Assembly (NCBI RefSeq): GCF_006345805.1
Contig: NC_042998.1
Coordinates: 35,960,001 to 36,024,000 of the forward strand
Direction: 5' to 3'
DNA length: 64,000 bases
Source: Octopus sinensis
Lineage: Eukaryota
In this document: positions 12,662 through 25,787 of the stretch, piece by piece
Layout: each line of letters starts with the position of its first letter
Position numbering within the stretch: position 1 is the stretch's first letter
The notes under the pieces: model-generated
What the model was told of the DNA's origin: nothing
What the model saw: the letters and a program-made list of their open reading frames with translations, nothing else
Databases searched by the model: none
Translations under genes and position numbers: made by a program

Positions 12662-13381
12662 AATAATAATTTCAAATTTTGGCACAAGGCTAGCAACTTT
12701 GGGGTGGGGTGGAGAGAAGTCGATTACGTCGACTCCTGTGGTCAACTGGTACTTATTTTATAGACTCCTCTGGTCAACTGCGACTTATTTTTCAGCCACG
12801 GCGGAATTTGAACTCAGAACATGACGACGGACAAGATGCCGCTAAGCATTTTCCCGAACTTCTAACGATGTTGCCAATGCGCCGCTGGACATTTGTGCCA
12901 CGCTCTTATGATTCTGTCCCTTCGTCAAGCAATTTTGAAAGGTGGAGGAGTTTGTCGATACCATCGATTCCCCTCCACACCACACCACCCCAGCACTTTG
13001 ATGGTACTTTATTTTATCGATTATTTTATCGAAGGATGAAAGGCAAAAGCAAAGTCGACTTCGGCAAGAACTGAACCCAGAGCTTATAGAGTGGAAAGAA
13101 ATAACACAAAAGCAGTTTTTTCCGACGCTGTAACCACCATTCCACCTTCCTAACAACAACAACAGCAACAACAACAACAACGATAATAACCAGCACCGTG
13201 GACATCATTATAATCGTCATCACCACCCTACGTATCGTTAATTCTATTGGTTAATCAACGAGTATAGATGCAATGATAAAGGGTTTATATATACATGCAC
13301 GCACGCACGCACACACACGGAGGCACGCACGCATAAAGTTTCATATATATATATATATTATATATATATATATATATATAA

Positions 13382-13424
<43 letters not shown>

Positions 13425-14238
13425 CGTATGTATTTTGCTGCATGACTTCTTATTGTGAAGCAGACCAAGTTTTGGGGCTGTTCTTCTATACGAAGCATTA
13501 ACCCCGTGCTTCTGTTCACGCTGCGTTGGTTATTAAAAGGTATACAGGAATTACAGCCAGACTTCAAACACGAAGCGATTGAATAATTTTTAATAATTCA
13601 TATATTGCATTCAGCCTTTCTTTTATTTTTCTGTTATGACCATGAATGAACAGTGTTGCGTGCAAGCTATTCATAAACAACAACAACAGCAACCATAACA
13701 ACAACAACAACGACAGCAACAGCAATAGCAGCAACAACAAACGTCAATGACGTAAAGAAACCTCAAAACCAAAATGACAAACAACTCGAAGTCGATGGAG
13801 TTTATACTTCACCAAGACGAACGTCGACGTCATCACTAACAACCATGTTAAGAAAAGCTAGAGAGCCCCACAGCCACAACGAGAACATTGCCAACAGCAA
13901 CACTGCAATTACTACTACTACCACCACCACCACCACCACCACCACCACTATCATCATCATCATCATCATCATCACCGACACCAGCGCCTCCACCACCACC
14001 ACCACACATCTATACAAAGTTCAAAAAGGATCCAGGTGAATGTGTCCCTCACGTGAATAGTTGGGACGAATGCCATATCTATGAAAGGGTCGATGAATAC
14101 TGCTGATTTCAAAGAGCGATGGTAGCGTTGTGGTATTCATGCCTTTATCTTCAGAATTTAAGGTATTAAAAGAAATGAAATAGTAAGACAACGGAGATAC
14201 TACTACAACCTCAGCCATGACACTCACCACTGAATACC

Positions 14239-14459
14239 TATTTCTTTATTACCCACAAGGGGCTAAACACAGAGGGGACAAACAAGGACAGACATAGGTA
14301 TTAAGTCGATTACATCGACCCCAGTGCGTAACTGGTACTTAATTTATCGACCCCGAAAGGATGAAAGGCAAAGTCGACCTCGGCGGAATTTGAACTCACA
14401 ACGTAACGCAGACGAAATACCGCTAAGCATTTCGCCCGACGTGCTAACGTTTCTGCCAG
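14239..14459 (-). mobile_element. SINE family A monomer
   Basis: Perfect 16-bp TSD ctcaccactgaatacc at 14223 and 14460. Confidence 0.9.
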
Positions 14460-14546
14460 CTCACCACTGAATACCACTCACCTACTATCTTTTTCACATT
14501 ACACTTATTTGCTTTGATATTTATATTTTTGCGTTACATGCAAATG

Positions 14547-14643
14547 GACACACACACGCACACACACACACACACGCCGTGCATACGCACACATCTATCT
14601 ATCTATCTATCTATCTATCTATATATCTATCTATCTATCTACA

Positions 14644-14679
<36 letters not shown>

Positions 14680-14681
14680 AA

Positions 14682-14750
<69 letters not shown>

Positions 14751-14888
14751 TAGGCGTTCCATAAGTAATGCAACAGTTAACATTTTATTTAAATACTTTT
14801 CTTTTACTTATGGAACACACAAGATCATGTGTGTATGTGTGTGCGTGTGTGTATGTGTGTGTGAGCTGCCTGTATATGTGATGGTGGA

Positions 14889-14931
<43 letters not shown>

Positions 14932-14960
14932 CACATTTATACATTATATATACGCATATA
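14547..14960. repeat. Compound microsatellite (CA)n/(TCTA)n/(CT)n/(TA)n/(TG)n
   Basis: Directly visible. Similar tracts occur at 13340-13420, 15415-15520, 36110-36240, 44110-44360, 44880-46200, 48925-49020 and 51300-51790. Confidence 0.95.
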
Positions 14961-15417
14961 CATATATTTATGTTTGTGTGTATATACGACTGTAATGCCT
15001 GTCTGTATTTACGTGTATGCCTGCATGACCGACTGCACAGAGCACTAATTCAACATGGACGTCATTCCCACTTCCGGTGCTGATTCAAAACCACTGAAAC
15101 GAATGACAAACATCGGCTTCTCTCTCACCTCGTCTTTTGAAAAAGCGCATGTATCGGTTTCAGTTGCAATATGTTGGCACTGGATCATATTGCTCACATG
15201 TTAGAGGCAACCTTAAAAACAGCCATTATCTGAAGCAACGCCATTAATATTCGACATTTCAGTCAAACATAAGCGACTGACTGAAAACTGACGAACAGGA
15301 AGTAAGATTTCTTGTTTGAATGCCGCTAGTTGCTCGATAACTCTTATGAATTGTCCATATTTTGTTAGGTTTTTGAATGGAAAATAGGCTTGCAAAGTTC
15401 TTGATAAGTTTTCATCC

Positions 15418-15497
<80 letters not shown>

Positions 15498-16743
15498 GTC
15501 TGTCTGTCTGTCTGTCTGTCTGTCATTCTCTTTATCTCCTTATCTGTCGTTTTTTTTCTTCTTTGCTGCTAAAAGATGATTATAATGTTATTAGAGCAGA
15601 TAAGTAACAAAGTTTTCCGTTTTCTCGAATATTACTTTTTATTCTATTATTCTACAACGCTTTCGTCTCGCTCTCTTTCTCTCTCACATACACTCATACA
15701 TACACACACTCGGCTATATGCGATAATAATTTTGATAAAAATGGAGAAAAAAATAAGAACGTTCTTTTGTCTCCGAAGTCTTCTAAAATATCATTTTGAA
15801 ATCATGTATTTCGCACTTGTACACATATTTAGTATCATCGTGAAGATTATTTCGCGTTAAAATTGAATTTAGTACGATATCAGCAGTAAGACAAACACTA
15901 TTTAGAGTCTTTTGAAATTTTCCTCAAGTTCATTATACTTAAGGCTTACTTTTCCCGTTTAATCAGAGTAGAAAGAGCAACAACGATAATCCTTGTTTTT
16001 TACAAAGCCACCGAAATTTGTCGAGTATTTGCGCCAGAGATTAGGTTTCCAACCGTGTTAGCTCTTCAGAAATAAAGCATGGCCTGTATGTGGTATTAAA
16101 TAAGGCGGCGGATTAAATGTTATCCGTCGCCTGGTTTGACATCCTTTGTGTTTTAAGCTCTGAGAACTTGTGTCCGTAAGGAGTCGGAACGAATATAGTA
16201 TTGCATCTCATCCGACATTCTAACAACTTCACCAACTCCATGCCCTGACGAGAACATTTTTTTATTGACCCCCCAAATAGTGAAAGATAAAGTTAACTTT
16301 GATGAGATTTGAACTCAAATCACAGAAAGTCGGAAAAAAACTCTCCTCTATGTTCTAACTATTCTCGACATCTTATCAAGGAAATCTTCATCGTCCAGCT
16401 AATCATCTGATACTTCTGAAAATAAACATACTGACGTACAGTCACGTGTACTAATTAATAACAAATAATGCATGACCACTGTTATTGTTATTAAACCTCT
16501 GATATGTCCTGATTGAACTGACGATCAAAGGTGCTGCAACAATGATCATAGCCATTTTTATTTTCTGGCAGTGAATTATTATTATTATTATTATTATTAA
16601 TATTATTATTATTATTATTATTATCATTCCCTTTCCGATGTTACGACGGTTGTGTGTAATATGAGGAAGAATTATTTGCTATTTCTAACCAGCTGAGCGT
16701 CTGCACAATGCAGGGGTTCCCATCCTTTTCACAGTGGTTCTCA

Positions 16744-16892
16744 ACAGTGGTTCCCAACCGTTTTATTTAAATGAGTTTTTCCCATGGGTCCCCTTTTAAT
16801 GTGCTTATCCTTATCCACATACATCTATATGAAATTTTGAATTTAGTTCAAGGACTCCCAGGGGTCTGAGGACCCCAGGTTGGGAACCACTG
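16744..16892. mobile_element. hAT-type (Charlie/Buster-like) MITE
   Basis: TIRs cagtggttcccaacc and ggttgggaaccactg; no clear TSD. Confidence 0.7.
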
Positions 16893-16959
16893 GCATAAAG
16901 GGTCAATCAGTGACTCGAGTATACCTTAGCGTTATATACGGTGTACACACATATACATA

Positions 16960-17430
16960 GGCGCAGGCATGGCTGTATCGTAAGAAGCGTGCTTCCCAAC
17001 CAAATGGTTCCGGGTTCAGTTCCATTGTGTGGCACTTTGAGCAAGGGTTTTCTATAGTCTCGGGTCGACCAGCGCCTTATGAGTGGATTTCGTGGACGGA
17101 AACTGAAAGAAGCCCATCGTATATGTATATATGTATGTGTGTGTCTGTGTGTGTATGTATGTGTGTATGTGCTTGTTTTTATGTGTGTGTGTGTGTGTTT
17201 GTCTTTGTGTGTATGTGTGTGGTTGTCTTTATGTGTGTTTTTATCCCCCACCACCACTTGACGACGGTGTTGGTTTGTTTATGCTCTCTTCATTTAGCGG
17301 TTCGGCAAACAAGACCGATAGAATAAGTACCAGGCTTTAAAATCGTACTATGGTCGATTTGTCCGACTAAAATCCCCCCAAGGCGGTGCCCCAGCATGGC
17401 CGCCATGAAATGACTGAAACAAATAAAATA
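16960..17430 (+). mobile_element. SINE family B (tRNA head, internal (TG)n, tail aatgactgaaacaa)
   Basis: ggcgcaggcatggctg...ggttccgggttcagt; consensus shared with 26930, 43340 and others. Confidence 0.85.
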
Positions 17431-17784
17431 CAAAAAAAGGGAAAAAGAAAAGGAAAAGGATGAATAAATTTCCTACCTTGGTTTTCAAGCTGTGCTGCAC
17501 ATCAATGCCAGCCTGGGATAGTTTCAGTTATAACATCAAGGGTTGAGGTTGCTAAACTCTTGTCAATCTTTCTCTGTTTCTAGAGGAAGGGAAGTTCTGA
17601 GTCGGCACGTGAATAGGGATTCGCTCCTGGAGTCTGCATAAAAAGAGGGAATTATGTAGGTCCACGTTTAGATTTGTGAAGATTTACGATAATAATCAAT
17701 TCAGTAAATAAGGGGCAATCAAAGATGAAAGAAGAATTTCTTTTTTATTTATAATTACTCTTTGTTTATCAATTTGATTCATCC

Positions 17785-18150
17785 GTGGCGCTCCGTCGGT
17801 TACGACGACGAGGGTTCCAGTTGATCCGATCAACAGAACAGACTGCTCGTGAAATTTACGTGCAAGTGGCTGAGCACTCCACAGACACGTGTACCCTTTC
17901 CGTAGTTCTCGGGGAGATATAGCGTGACTCAGAGTGTGACAAGGCCGGCCCTTTGAAATATAGGTACAGCAGAAACAGGAAGAAAGAGTGAGAGAAAGTT
18001 GCGGTGAAAGAGTACAGCAGGGTTCGCCACCACCCCTGCCGGAGCCTCAGGAGTTTTCGCTCAATAAACACAACGCCTGGTCTGGGAATCGAAACCGCGA
18101 TCCCACGACCGCGTGTCCGTTACCCTAACCACTGGACTGTTGCGCCTCCA
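17785..18150 (-). mobile_element. SINE family C
   Basis: Minus-strand tRNA-like head (cagtggttaggg...gcggtttcgattcccagaccagg). The body matches 42955-43235. Confidence 0.75.
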
Positions 18151-19589
18151 CAGTTTGATTCATACATTTTCGTGGACATATACATGCATATATATTATAC
18201 ACACACACACATATATTATATATACAGAAATAATCATTCATGCATACATTCACTCGAAAATATATGTATGCACATTTCCGCTGAGGTCGACTTTGCCTTT
18301 CATCCTTTGGGGTTCGATAAATTAAGTACCGCTTGCGTACTGGGTCGATCTAATCGACTTGCCCTCTCCCCCAAAATTTCGGGTGTTGTGCCTGGAGTAG
18401 AAATGAATACACACACACACACACACACACATACACACACACACACACACACAATTTCATGGTGTGTGGAATTTTTACTCAATTTTCGTTATTTTTCAAT
18501 TTGATCCTATTCTTGACATTTTTGTAATCCAGTAATGTCTGCCAAGTAGCGAGTGATGAAAAGCTACCCCAGATAAAAGACCGTTGCTTGTCTTTCAATC
18601 GCTACATACACAAAGCTGTTGATTGCGAAGATATTATAAGTGATTTTGGAGTTTGCTGGCCATTATTTTATTGACCCCTGAAAGACTAAAAGAAAGAGCA
18701 ACTCCAGCGATATTCTGAACTGAATCTCTCATGAAACACAACAAAATCTGATAGGGCATTTTTGCTTCTGATGTTTCTACTCACTACCATTAAAAAAATG
18801 TATTAACGAGGGTAATTAACTAATGAACGACGGTGTTTGAAAACTGTAAATATATAATTAAAAAATATTCTCAACTATTGGATCTTAAAAGAGAACGAAC
18901 TGTCCCTATAAATGATCCTTGGCATCAAATATACTTTTCTGTCAGGAACTGATAAAAATAGTTCAGTAAAAAATCCAGTTTCACAGTTTTTAATTGCTTC
19001 TAATATTAACGGAGTTTAATTTGGTGCAAAAACAAACATTAACTGGGGAGTAGTGTATTTGATTGGGTTAATCTCAGTACGGGACTAAAATTTAATTTGT
19101 TAACCTCGAAGGGACGAAATGCAATATCGATTCCGGTAAGATTTGAATTAAGAATGTAGATAGATGAAACTAAACACTAACGTATTTCGTTTGGTGAGAT
19201 TTCGTGTTTACTGAGTCAGTAACAGAAAATGACAAAATATTGATTTCTCACTCTGGCACAAATCTTTCTGGTTCATTACATTAAGTGTGTTAGTCCGCAT
19301 TCAACTCTTATGTTCTTCGTGCAGTTTATAACACATAGTTTTAAGATACTAAAGCAGTCAATTATTTCTACATAACATCTTTAAATTCTAAGTCATTCTC
19401 TGATCTGGTGGTCGTGTGTTGGTCTACACTTCAAATGTTCCAAGTTAGAACCATAACTGCCAGAGATCAACCTCACTCCTCTCTGTGCCGGGTGTTCGGG
19501 ATAAATTTGACGCTTTTTAATGCCTTCTATTCTTTTTTTCAGAAACTGCTTGATGCATTGATGAATAATCAACGGCGTTGGAGAGCATA

Positions 19590-20382
19590 AAGATTAAAGC
19601 TGGAGTTGAGAAAAAGTTAGCTGACATGGAGGGTTGGAAGCCATCTGAATATTGGAATAGAGTAACCTGGATCAACAGACACATAATGCCGGGTATCAAA
19701 ATGCCAACATCAGGACAGCTGCTCAAGGCTCTGTGAACATTGAAGGTAATAAGACGTGGTATGGACAGCTGCAACGGGGACTACGAAGCTGTGACCTGCA
19801 GGAAGGGTCACAACAGGTGGTCTAACTGCGTCCACACGCCGGAGTCCATCCCATATCTCTGAACAGAGCTTTAGGTTCGATTCAAACAGCTATGTGAAGC
19901 TCATGGAGACTGGTCAACCCTTGGCTGGGAAGTATTACTACTGGGAAGCCATGTGTGTGTGTGGCAGAAGGATTCGGTTCCTTGCCATACCCTCAGAAAG
20001 AGAGAGAGAGAAGTGGTTGACGGAGAATTTCTACAACTTCGCCAACCCCAATTTCTGGTCTCTTAATTCTCCTGATTGTGCGTGGGGTACAATTGAGAAA
20101 GACATCAATCACTCTGCCTGTAACCCCAAGGCCGAGCTGGTGACCAAGATCAAGGATATGTTCAAAGATCTTCGCAGTGAGACAATGAGGAACGCATGCG
20201 CCTGACTTCAGAGCCGTCTTGAGGCCGTGGTGGAAGCTGAGAGCAGCTACTGGGAGGAAACTATTATCTCCCAGCCATAAACTAGTTGATAGTTTTTGAT
20301 TTTTTAAATACTATTATTTTTTAGGATGAGATTTTTTTTTCCCTTTTATGCAGACCATCAATTTTGACCCAAATTCTCTGTA
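19590..20382 (+). mobile_element. Tc1/mariner (maT-like) transposase relic
   Basis: KWLTENFYNFANPNFWSLNSPD...WG..EK...NACA*LQSRLEAVVEAE matches the WPPNSPDLNP C-terminal region. The element ends ...ctctg|ta. Confidence 0.8.
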
Positions 20383-21419
20383 TACCTACATCTAACCAAT
20401 CCATTACATGTATATCTACACTTAATCAGTTAAAATTTCAATGTACACTCCCTTGTCCTGTTGAAAAGAATTATCGTTAACTCTGTCTTCATCTCATTAC
20501 GGTTACAATTTCAATGGATTAAAAATTCGTTTTGGCTTTCCACATCAAGATTTGTTTTAACGATTATAAAGAATAACGTCTGCTTTAGTGTATTACTGAG
20601 GTTGGTTTCTTGTAAGACTTATTAAGTTTCTTTCACCTGCCATATTATGAATGAGAATGAGTTGTGAATGAGAATTATCAAACATCCCAATCAAATTTTA
20701 TCTTCAAGAATATTGCACAAAATAAATAATATCAAATTACTTAGATAAATGTAAATAGGTTGTGCAAAAGTCGCGGGGTTATTTAAATATCAGCCACTGT
20801 ATCAAATATTTCACGTATTCCATCCTCTTTTCCTTTCGTTCACTCACCTCTCTAAAGAAAAGATAGCAAAATTATCCAACAGTATCGATTCTGGGAGACT
20901 GGGTTTTGTATATGAGGATATTTAATCAAACGTTGTCACTATGACTTGTTCAGCCGTAGGTGAATCTTGGTCGAGGGGACCCATGTTCAAAGTGATTCTG
21001 GATGTGGCCTTTACATTTTTCCCGATTCTTTACTTCAGATAGCAGTTTCCAATATGTCCTTAAAATGTGTTCACTTGCGTGAGATTTGTCTGCTATTTCT
21101 AGGAGGCTGCACATCCAATTAGAGGCTTTCTTACTGGCTCAGCATTATGTGTCTCAACAGACACATAATGTCGAGTTCAGACATTAATTAGATGTAACAA
21201 ACACATTTGAGCATTCTCTCATGAACTAATTTATAAGCTCCAAGCCCAAAGTCATGAAACAAACGTTGCTAGCAGCCACAGTATAAATATCTTCCTTTTC
21301 ATTAGATTTTAAAAAGTTTTCTTAAGTTATATATTATTCATATAATTGACTTCTGAGACAGTGCTGCAGAATTCAAAGCAAATCTTCAAAAAAAAACACG
21401 ATTTTAAATTTTAAATTAA

Positions 21420-21793
21420 CTAGTAGTATCGCCCGGCGTTGCTCGGAATTGGAACTTTTGAAAAGTAAAAATTTTGCAATATGTAGCCTGTTATTCTCTT
21501 TAAGCGAACATTTTTCTGATTGAAATACACCGAAAAATGGTGACACAGCAGTCAAAAAATCGTAAAAAATAGGGATTTTCATAGAAAAAAAGCATCTTTT
21601 TGGTGTAAATAATTTTGGTGTTAACATGGTCCAATTTGAATTTTATTTTCTACGGAATAAAGAGCAAACATTCTTCTATCATACTCTCAATTTTGGTCAA
21701 CTTGCGCCGTAGGGTCTCGGAGGAGATAGTGTTAGTTGAAGGTTACCAAACCTGTCACAAACACACAGACAACTTCAGCTTTATATGTATAGA
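21420..21793 (-). mobile_element. Non-autonomous Helitron
   Basis: On the minus strand it starts A|TCTATACATATAAA and ends with the GC-rich hairpin ccgagcaacgccggg followed by CTAG|T. These are the canonical 5'-TC and CTRR-3' ends at an AT target. Confidence 0.75.
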
Positions 21794-22069
21794 TTATTCA
21801 TATACTTGACTTCTGAGACAGTGCTACAGAATTCAAAGCAAATCTCCAAGAAACACGATTTTAGTTTTTAAATTAATTTTGAAACGTCTTCACAAGTATT
21901 TTGTTTTGCCATCAAAATTAATAATAATCGAACAGGATTTCGGTCTCCACCGAGTCAACATTTGGATCAACTAAAGTTAATACTGCTATATCTCATCTTT
22001 AAAATTGTACTTTATTTTGGGATTCAAGTAAATTTTGCTATATAGAGTTCAATTTAGAGTAAAATTTAG

Positions 22070-22313
22070 TTCTGTTGTGTCTGAGGAGAGTCATTTTCTT
22101 TTTGTGCCTTATTATGTGACACACTCACCGGTAAAATTTCCACTTTTTTCTTATTTTTATTGTTCTAAAATGTTCGTTGCATCTTGCAACCTTTTCAATA
22201 GGAGACACAACGAAAATTTTACCGGTGAGTGTGTTGTGTGTTGGTCATCTCATTGTAGGGCTGTTACATAATAAGGCACAAAAAGAAAATGACTCTCCCC
22301 AGACACAACAGAA
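22070..22313. mobile_element. Inverted-arm element (possible Penelope-type terminal repeat)
   Basis: 22070-22140 is the reverse complement of 22213-22313, apart from a 36-bp insert. The minus-strand centre has a hammerhead-shaped scaffold with a non-canonical core. Confidence 0.5.
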
Positions 22314-22713
22314 TATGCTTCAACACACGAACTCATATAAAGAATCTTGCAAACCAAATCCAAAAACGAAATAAAATTTGGTTGTTTTTGTTTAGTCACA
22401 CCACTACTATTGCTACCATTAATACCATCACGATTCTTTTCTGACAGAGAAGAAACTCCCTCGTTGGATGTTATTTAAACAGAATGATGCTATTGGTGGA
22501 GTTATGATTAAAAATAACATGATTACGAGAGCGAAGTAACAGCCCTACAATGAGATGACCAACACACAACAATGGCGCTTGGCTCATTTGCCTTCGTTCG
22601 CACTCTGCTCAATCTACTCAAATTAATTTTTGTTTCAGTTTTTTTGATCTTTTTTTTTTGCAATTCTCTGATGAAGTCTTTCCTCTGCAGACCTACAACA
22701 CACACACACACAC

Positions 22714-22771
<58 letters not shown>

Positions 22772-24539
22772 CTTTGATGTATCACAATAAAAGAGTTTAC
22801 CCCGCAAACTTTATTGTCAAGAGAGTAAAATATAATCAAACACGATATTTCTTTAATTCCTTTCGGTGATTAAGGATTTTCAGTGTCACATCTTTCGAGA
22901 AGAAATGGCAAAACATTTTAGCATTCACGAATCGCCCCACCCCACACATACCATTCCATACCAAACAGACACGACAACCATCAAAGACATCTAAATGGTC
23001 TCTATTAGATAAGATTTTCTTGTATGCGACATTCTTGCAGCTTCTTTTTTTCTTTCCTTTTCCCTCGACTATCCTCCCCTTGACCACGTTCATCTTCTTT
23101 CTCATCTTCACTAACCTCCTCCTTCTCCTTCTCCCCCTCCGCCTCCTTCTCTCTCTCCTCCTTCACTTGACCGTGACTCTGTCAGATTATGAAATGGTCC
23201 AAGGATGTTTTTTTTTCCTTTTATGAGAAAAATAATATAATATAAGTGCCAAAAGACAAATAAAAACGAAACAAAACCAAAATCGAAGTAATAAAATGCT
23301 TTTTTGTTTCTTTATAAAAGTGAGGAACGTCGTTCTCTTAAAGCAAAACGTTGCATAATGTGGCACTGTTCCTTGAATTTAGGAAAAAGAAAGGTAGTGT
23401 GGTCACGGCTGGAATGTTTTGATAAGAAGTCTGCCTGCTCAGGTATAACTCGGGGCTAAACAATAACAGCCAAGTCATCCCACGAACCAAATAAGTGCTT
23501 CCTTTCGGTCGCCTGATAGAAATAGTAGTTAAATTTGACTGAAGTTGCATTCTACTATTTCAAAAAGCTAGACACAGTGGATGAAGTATTTCTAGAAGCT
23601 CTAATCATTAACAAATAAATAAACAAATAAAAATAAACGAGGTGGTCACGACTGGAATGCTTTTGATCATAGTTCTTAGGAATCAGAACTAACTTAGGAT
23701 TAACCTAATAACAAAGATGCCAAACCGAAAATTCCAAATCTTGAAGGAGATGACACAGCATTATTAAACGTTGACCGATAATATCTGGGTTTAGTTAGTC
23801 TTCCAAGGGAGAACATTTTCATGTTCGTTACATTTCATGACAAAAATTGCACCTTAATGGTTTTCTGTAATAAAGAGGACTTCGTTGATATTTATTAATT
23901 TTCAAATCCATCCAAGAAAATGAGTTGATTGCACAGAAAGTACGACAGTGTAATTAGCACTCTCTTGGCATAATCCTATGGGAAAAATCTACGATAAGCT
24001 CTGTTAGGGAAACGTTCGTTAATGACAGTAGAACTGTTGTTGTAGGACTCTACAGTATTCGCTTCCAGCGGGTCGTTGTGATTCCGCCCCCTCTACTGGC
24101 CGAATTCAATCACCTACACTTCTCGATTTGTGTCTGCGTAACTATTTTGCCGAAGTGGTGCTTGATGGAAATTTGAAATTCTTGTTTTTTTGTTTTTCTA
24201 TAAATATCGCTGATTCTTGCAGTGAATGTGGCAGAATTGATAACTGAATTGACTTCAGTTGTATTTTATGGTCGTTCTATCCGTCTCGGTCTGAAGAAGT
24301 CAGAGATGACATCGTGGTGATGGTAGCAGGGCGTTAGATTTGAACCCAGAAGCAAAACCGCGTTGCCTCAACTCATTCAAGTAATGCGGTAATACAGTCA
24401 GGCAAAAAATACAGAGTTTACAATCCTAGGGGATGCGGAGAAAAAAATCTTACCTGCCCCACAACCTGCCTTTGTTTACTCTGTACTAAACCGCTTACCT
24501 GTCAAACCGCAAAGAATACATTCATACATAGCAGTCTAT

Positions 24540-24760
24540 CTTTCTGACCCATTGACAAAATATTTCCAGCTTTGCAGAATCCTTTCCTTTGCTTCTCAAA
24601 CACGATGATTTTGCGAGCGGTACTCCTGCTGAGAAAGTCTCCACCTTTGTTGCTGGCTTTTCAGCCAACTCACTGCTACACACATTTGGTGAAGTCGAAG
24701 AGAATTCATATCGAATCCCCCAGGTTCACCCCCTTGTATACAGACATACTAGGGGTAAAA
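24540..24760 (+). mobile_element. Old LINE ORF2 fragment
   Basis: ESFPLLLKHDDFASGTPAEKVSTFVAGFSANSLL resembles the linker between APE and RT (FPPL...EKA.LFA..FS.NSTL). Confidence 0.45.
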
Positions 24761-24821
24761 TTAGTTCCAGTCGCTTTAAACCCCTCATGGGCGCCCGGTT
24801 CTGTCAATATCGCTTCTGGAA

Positions 24822-25195
24822 CAAGGCGGCGAGCTGGCAGAAACGTTAGCACGCCGAGCGAAATGCTTACCGGTATTTCGTCTGCCGCTACGTTCTGAGT
24901 TCAAATTCCGCCGAGGTCGACTTTGCCTTTCATCCTTTCGGGGTCGATTAAATAAGTACCAGTTACGCACTGGGGTCCATGTGATCGACTTAATCTGTTT
25001 GTCTGTCCTTGTTTGTCCTCTGTGTTTAGCCCCTTGTGGGTAGTAAAGAAATAGGTATTTCGTCTGTCTTTATGTTCTGAGTTCAAATTCCGCCGAGGTC
25101 GACTTTGCCTTTCATCCTTTAGGGGGCAATAAATTAAGTATAATCGACTGGTCTCCTCCCCCAAAATTTCGGGTCTTGTGCCTAGAGTAGAAAAT
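24822..25195 (+). mobile_element. SINE family A dimer with alternative tail
   Basis: One 16-bp TSD, aatatcgcttc(t/a)ggaa, at 24806 and 25196. Confidence 0.9.
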
Positions 25196-25535
25196 AATAT
25201 CGCTTCAGGAATGCTAGTGTTAGTACCGTATTCACCAAACTCTCTCTCTCTTCCTCCGCTCTCTCTGTTTCTTGTGAGAGACCTTGTTCTTTGGAAATAT
25301 GCTGTTCTATGTTTCATTCCGCAGAAAGGCAATTCACTCACCTGACCAGCTATCACCCTTTTACACTTCCAATATGTCAAAGGTAAAGGAAATGGCCATT
25401 AACAACGTCATTCTACCACACCTTGAATCCCCGCTTTTCTCTCTCTCTCTCCCTCGCTACTTAATGCTGATCATTGCAGCACTCTCTCTCTCTCTGTCAT
25501 CTGCTTGCCTCTCTATCTATATGAGTGTGTGAATG

Positions 25536-25566
<31 letters not shown>

Positions 25567-25754
25567 CTGTGCATGCGTGTGTCACAGTTGGACGAACCAA
25601 GAAGGCGTTGAATGTTGGTTTATATTCGATTACTTGCATTCTGTTGTGTCTGTGTCCAAGACACTTAAGTCTAAACAGCCCAGTCAACAGAGCTGGAAAT
25701 ATAATTCACACGGTTGTAGATGTGTGTGTGTGTGTGTGCGTTTGTTTATGAGTA

Positions 25755-25787
<33 letters not shown>

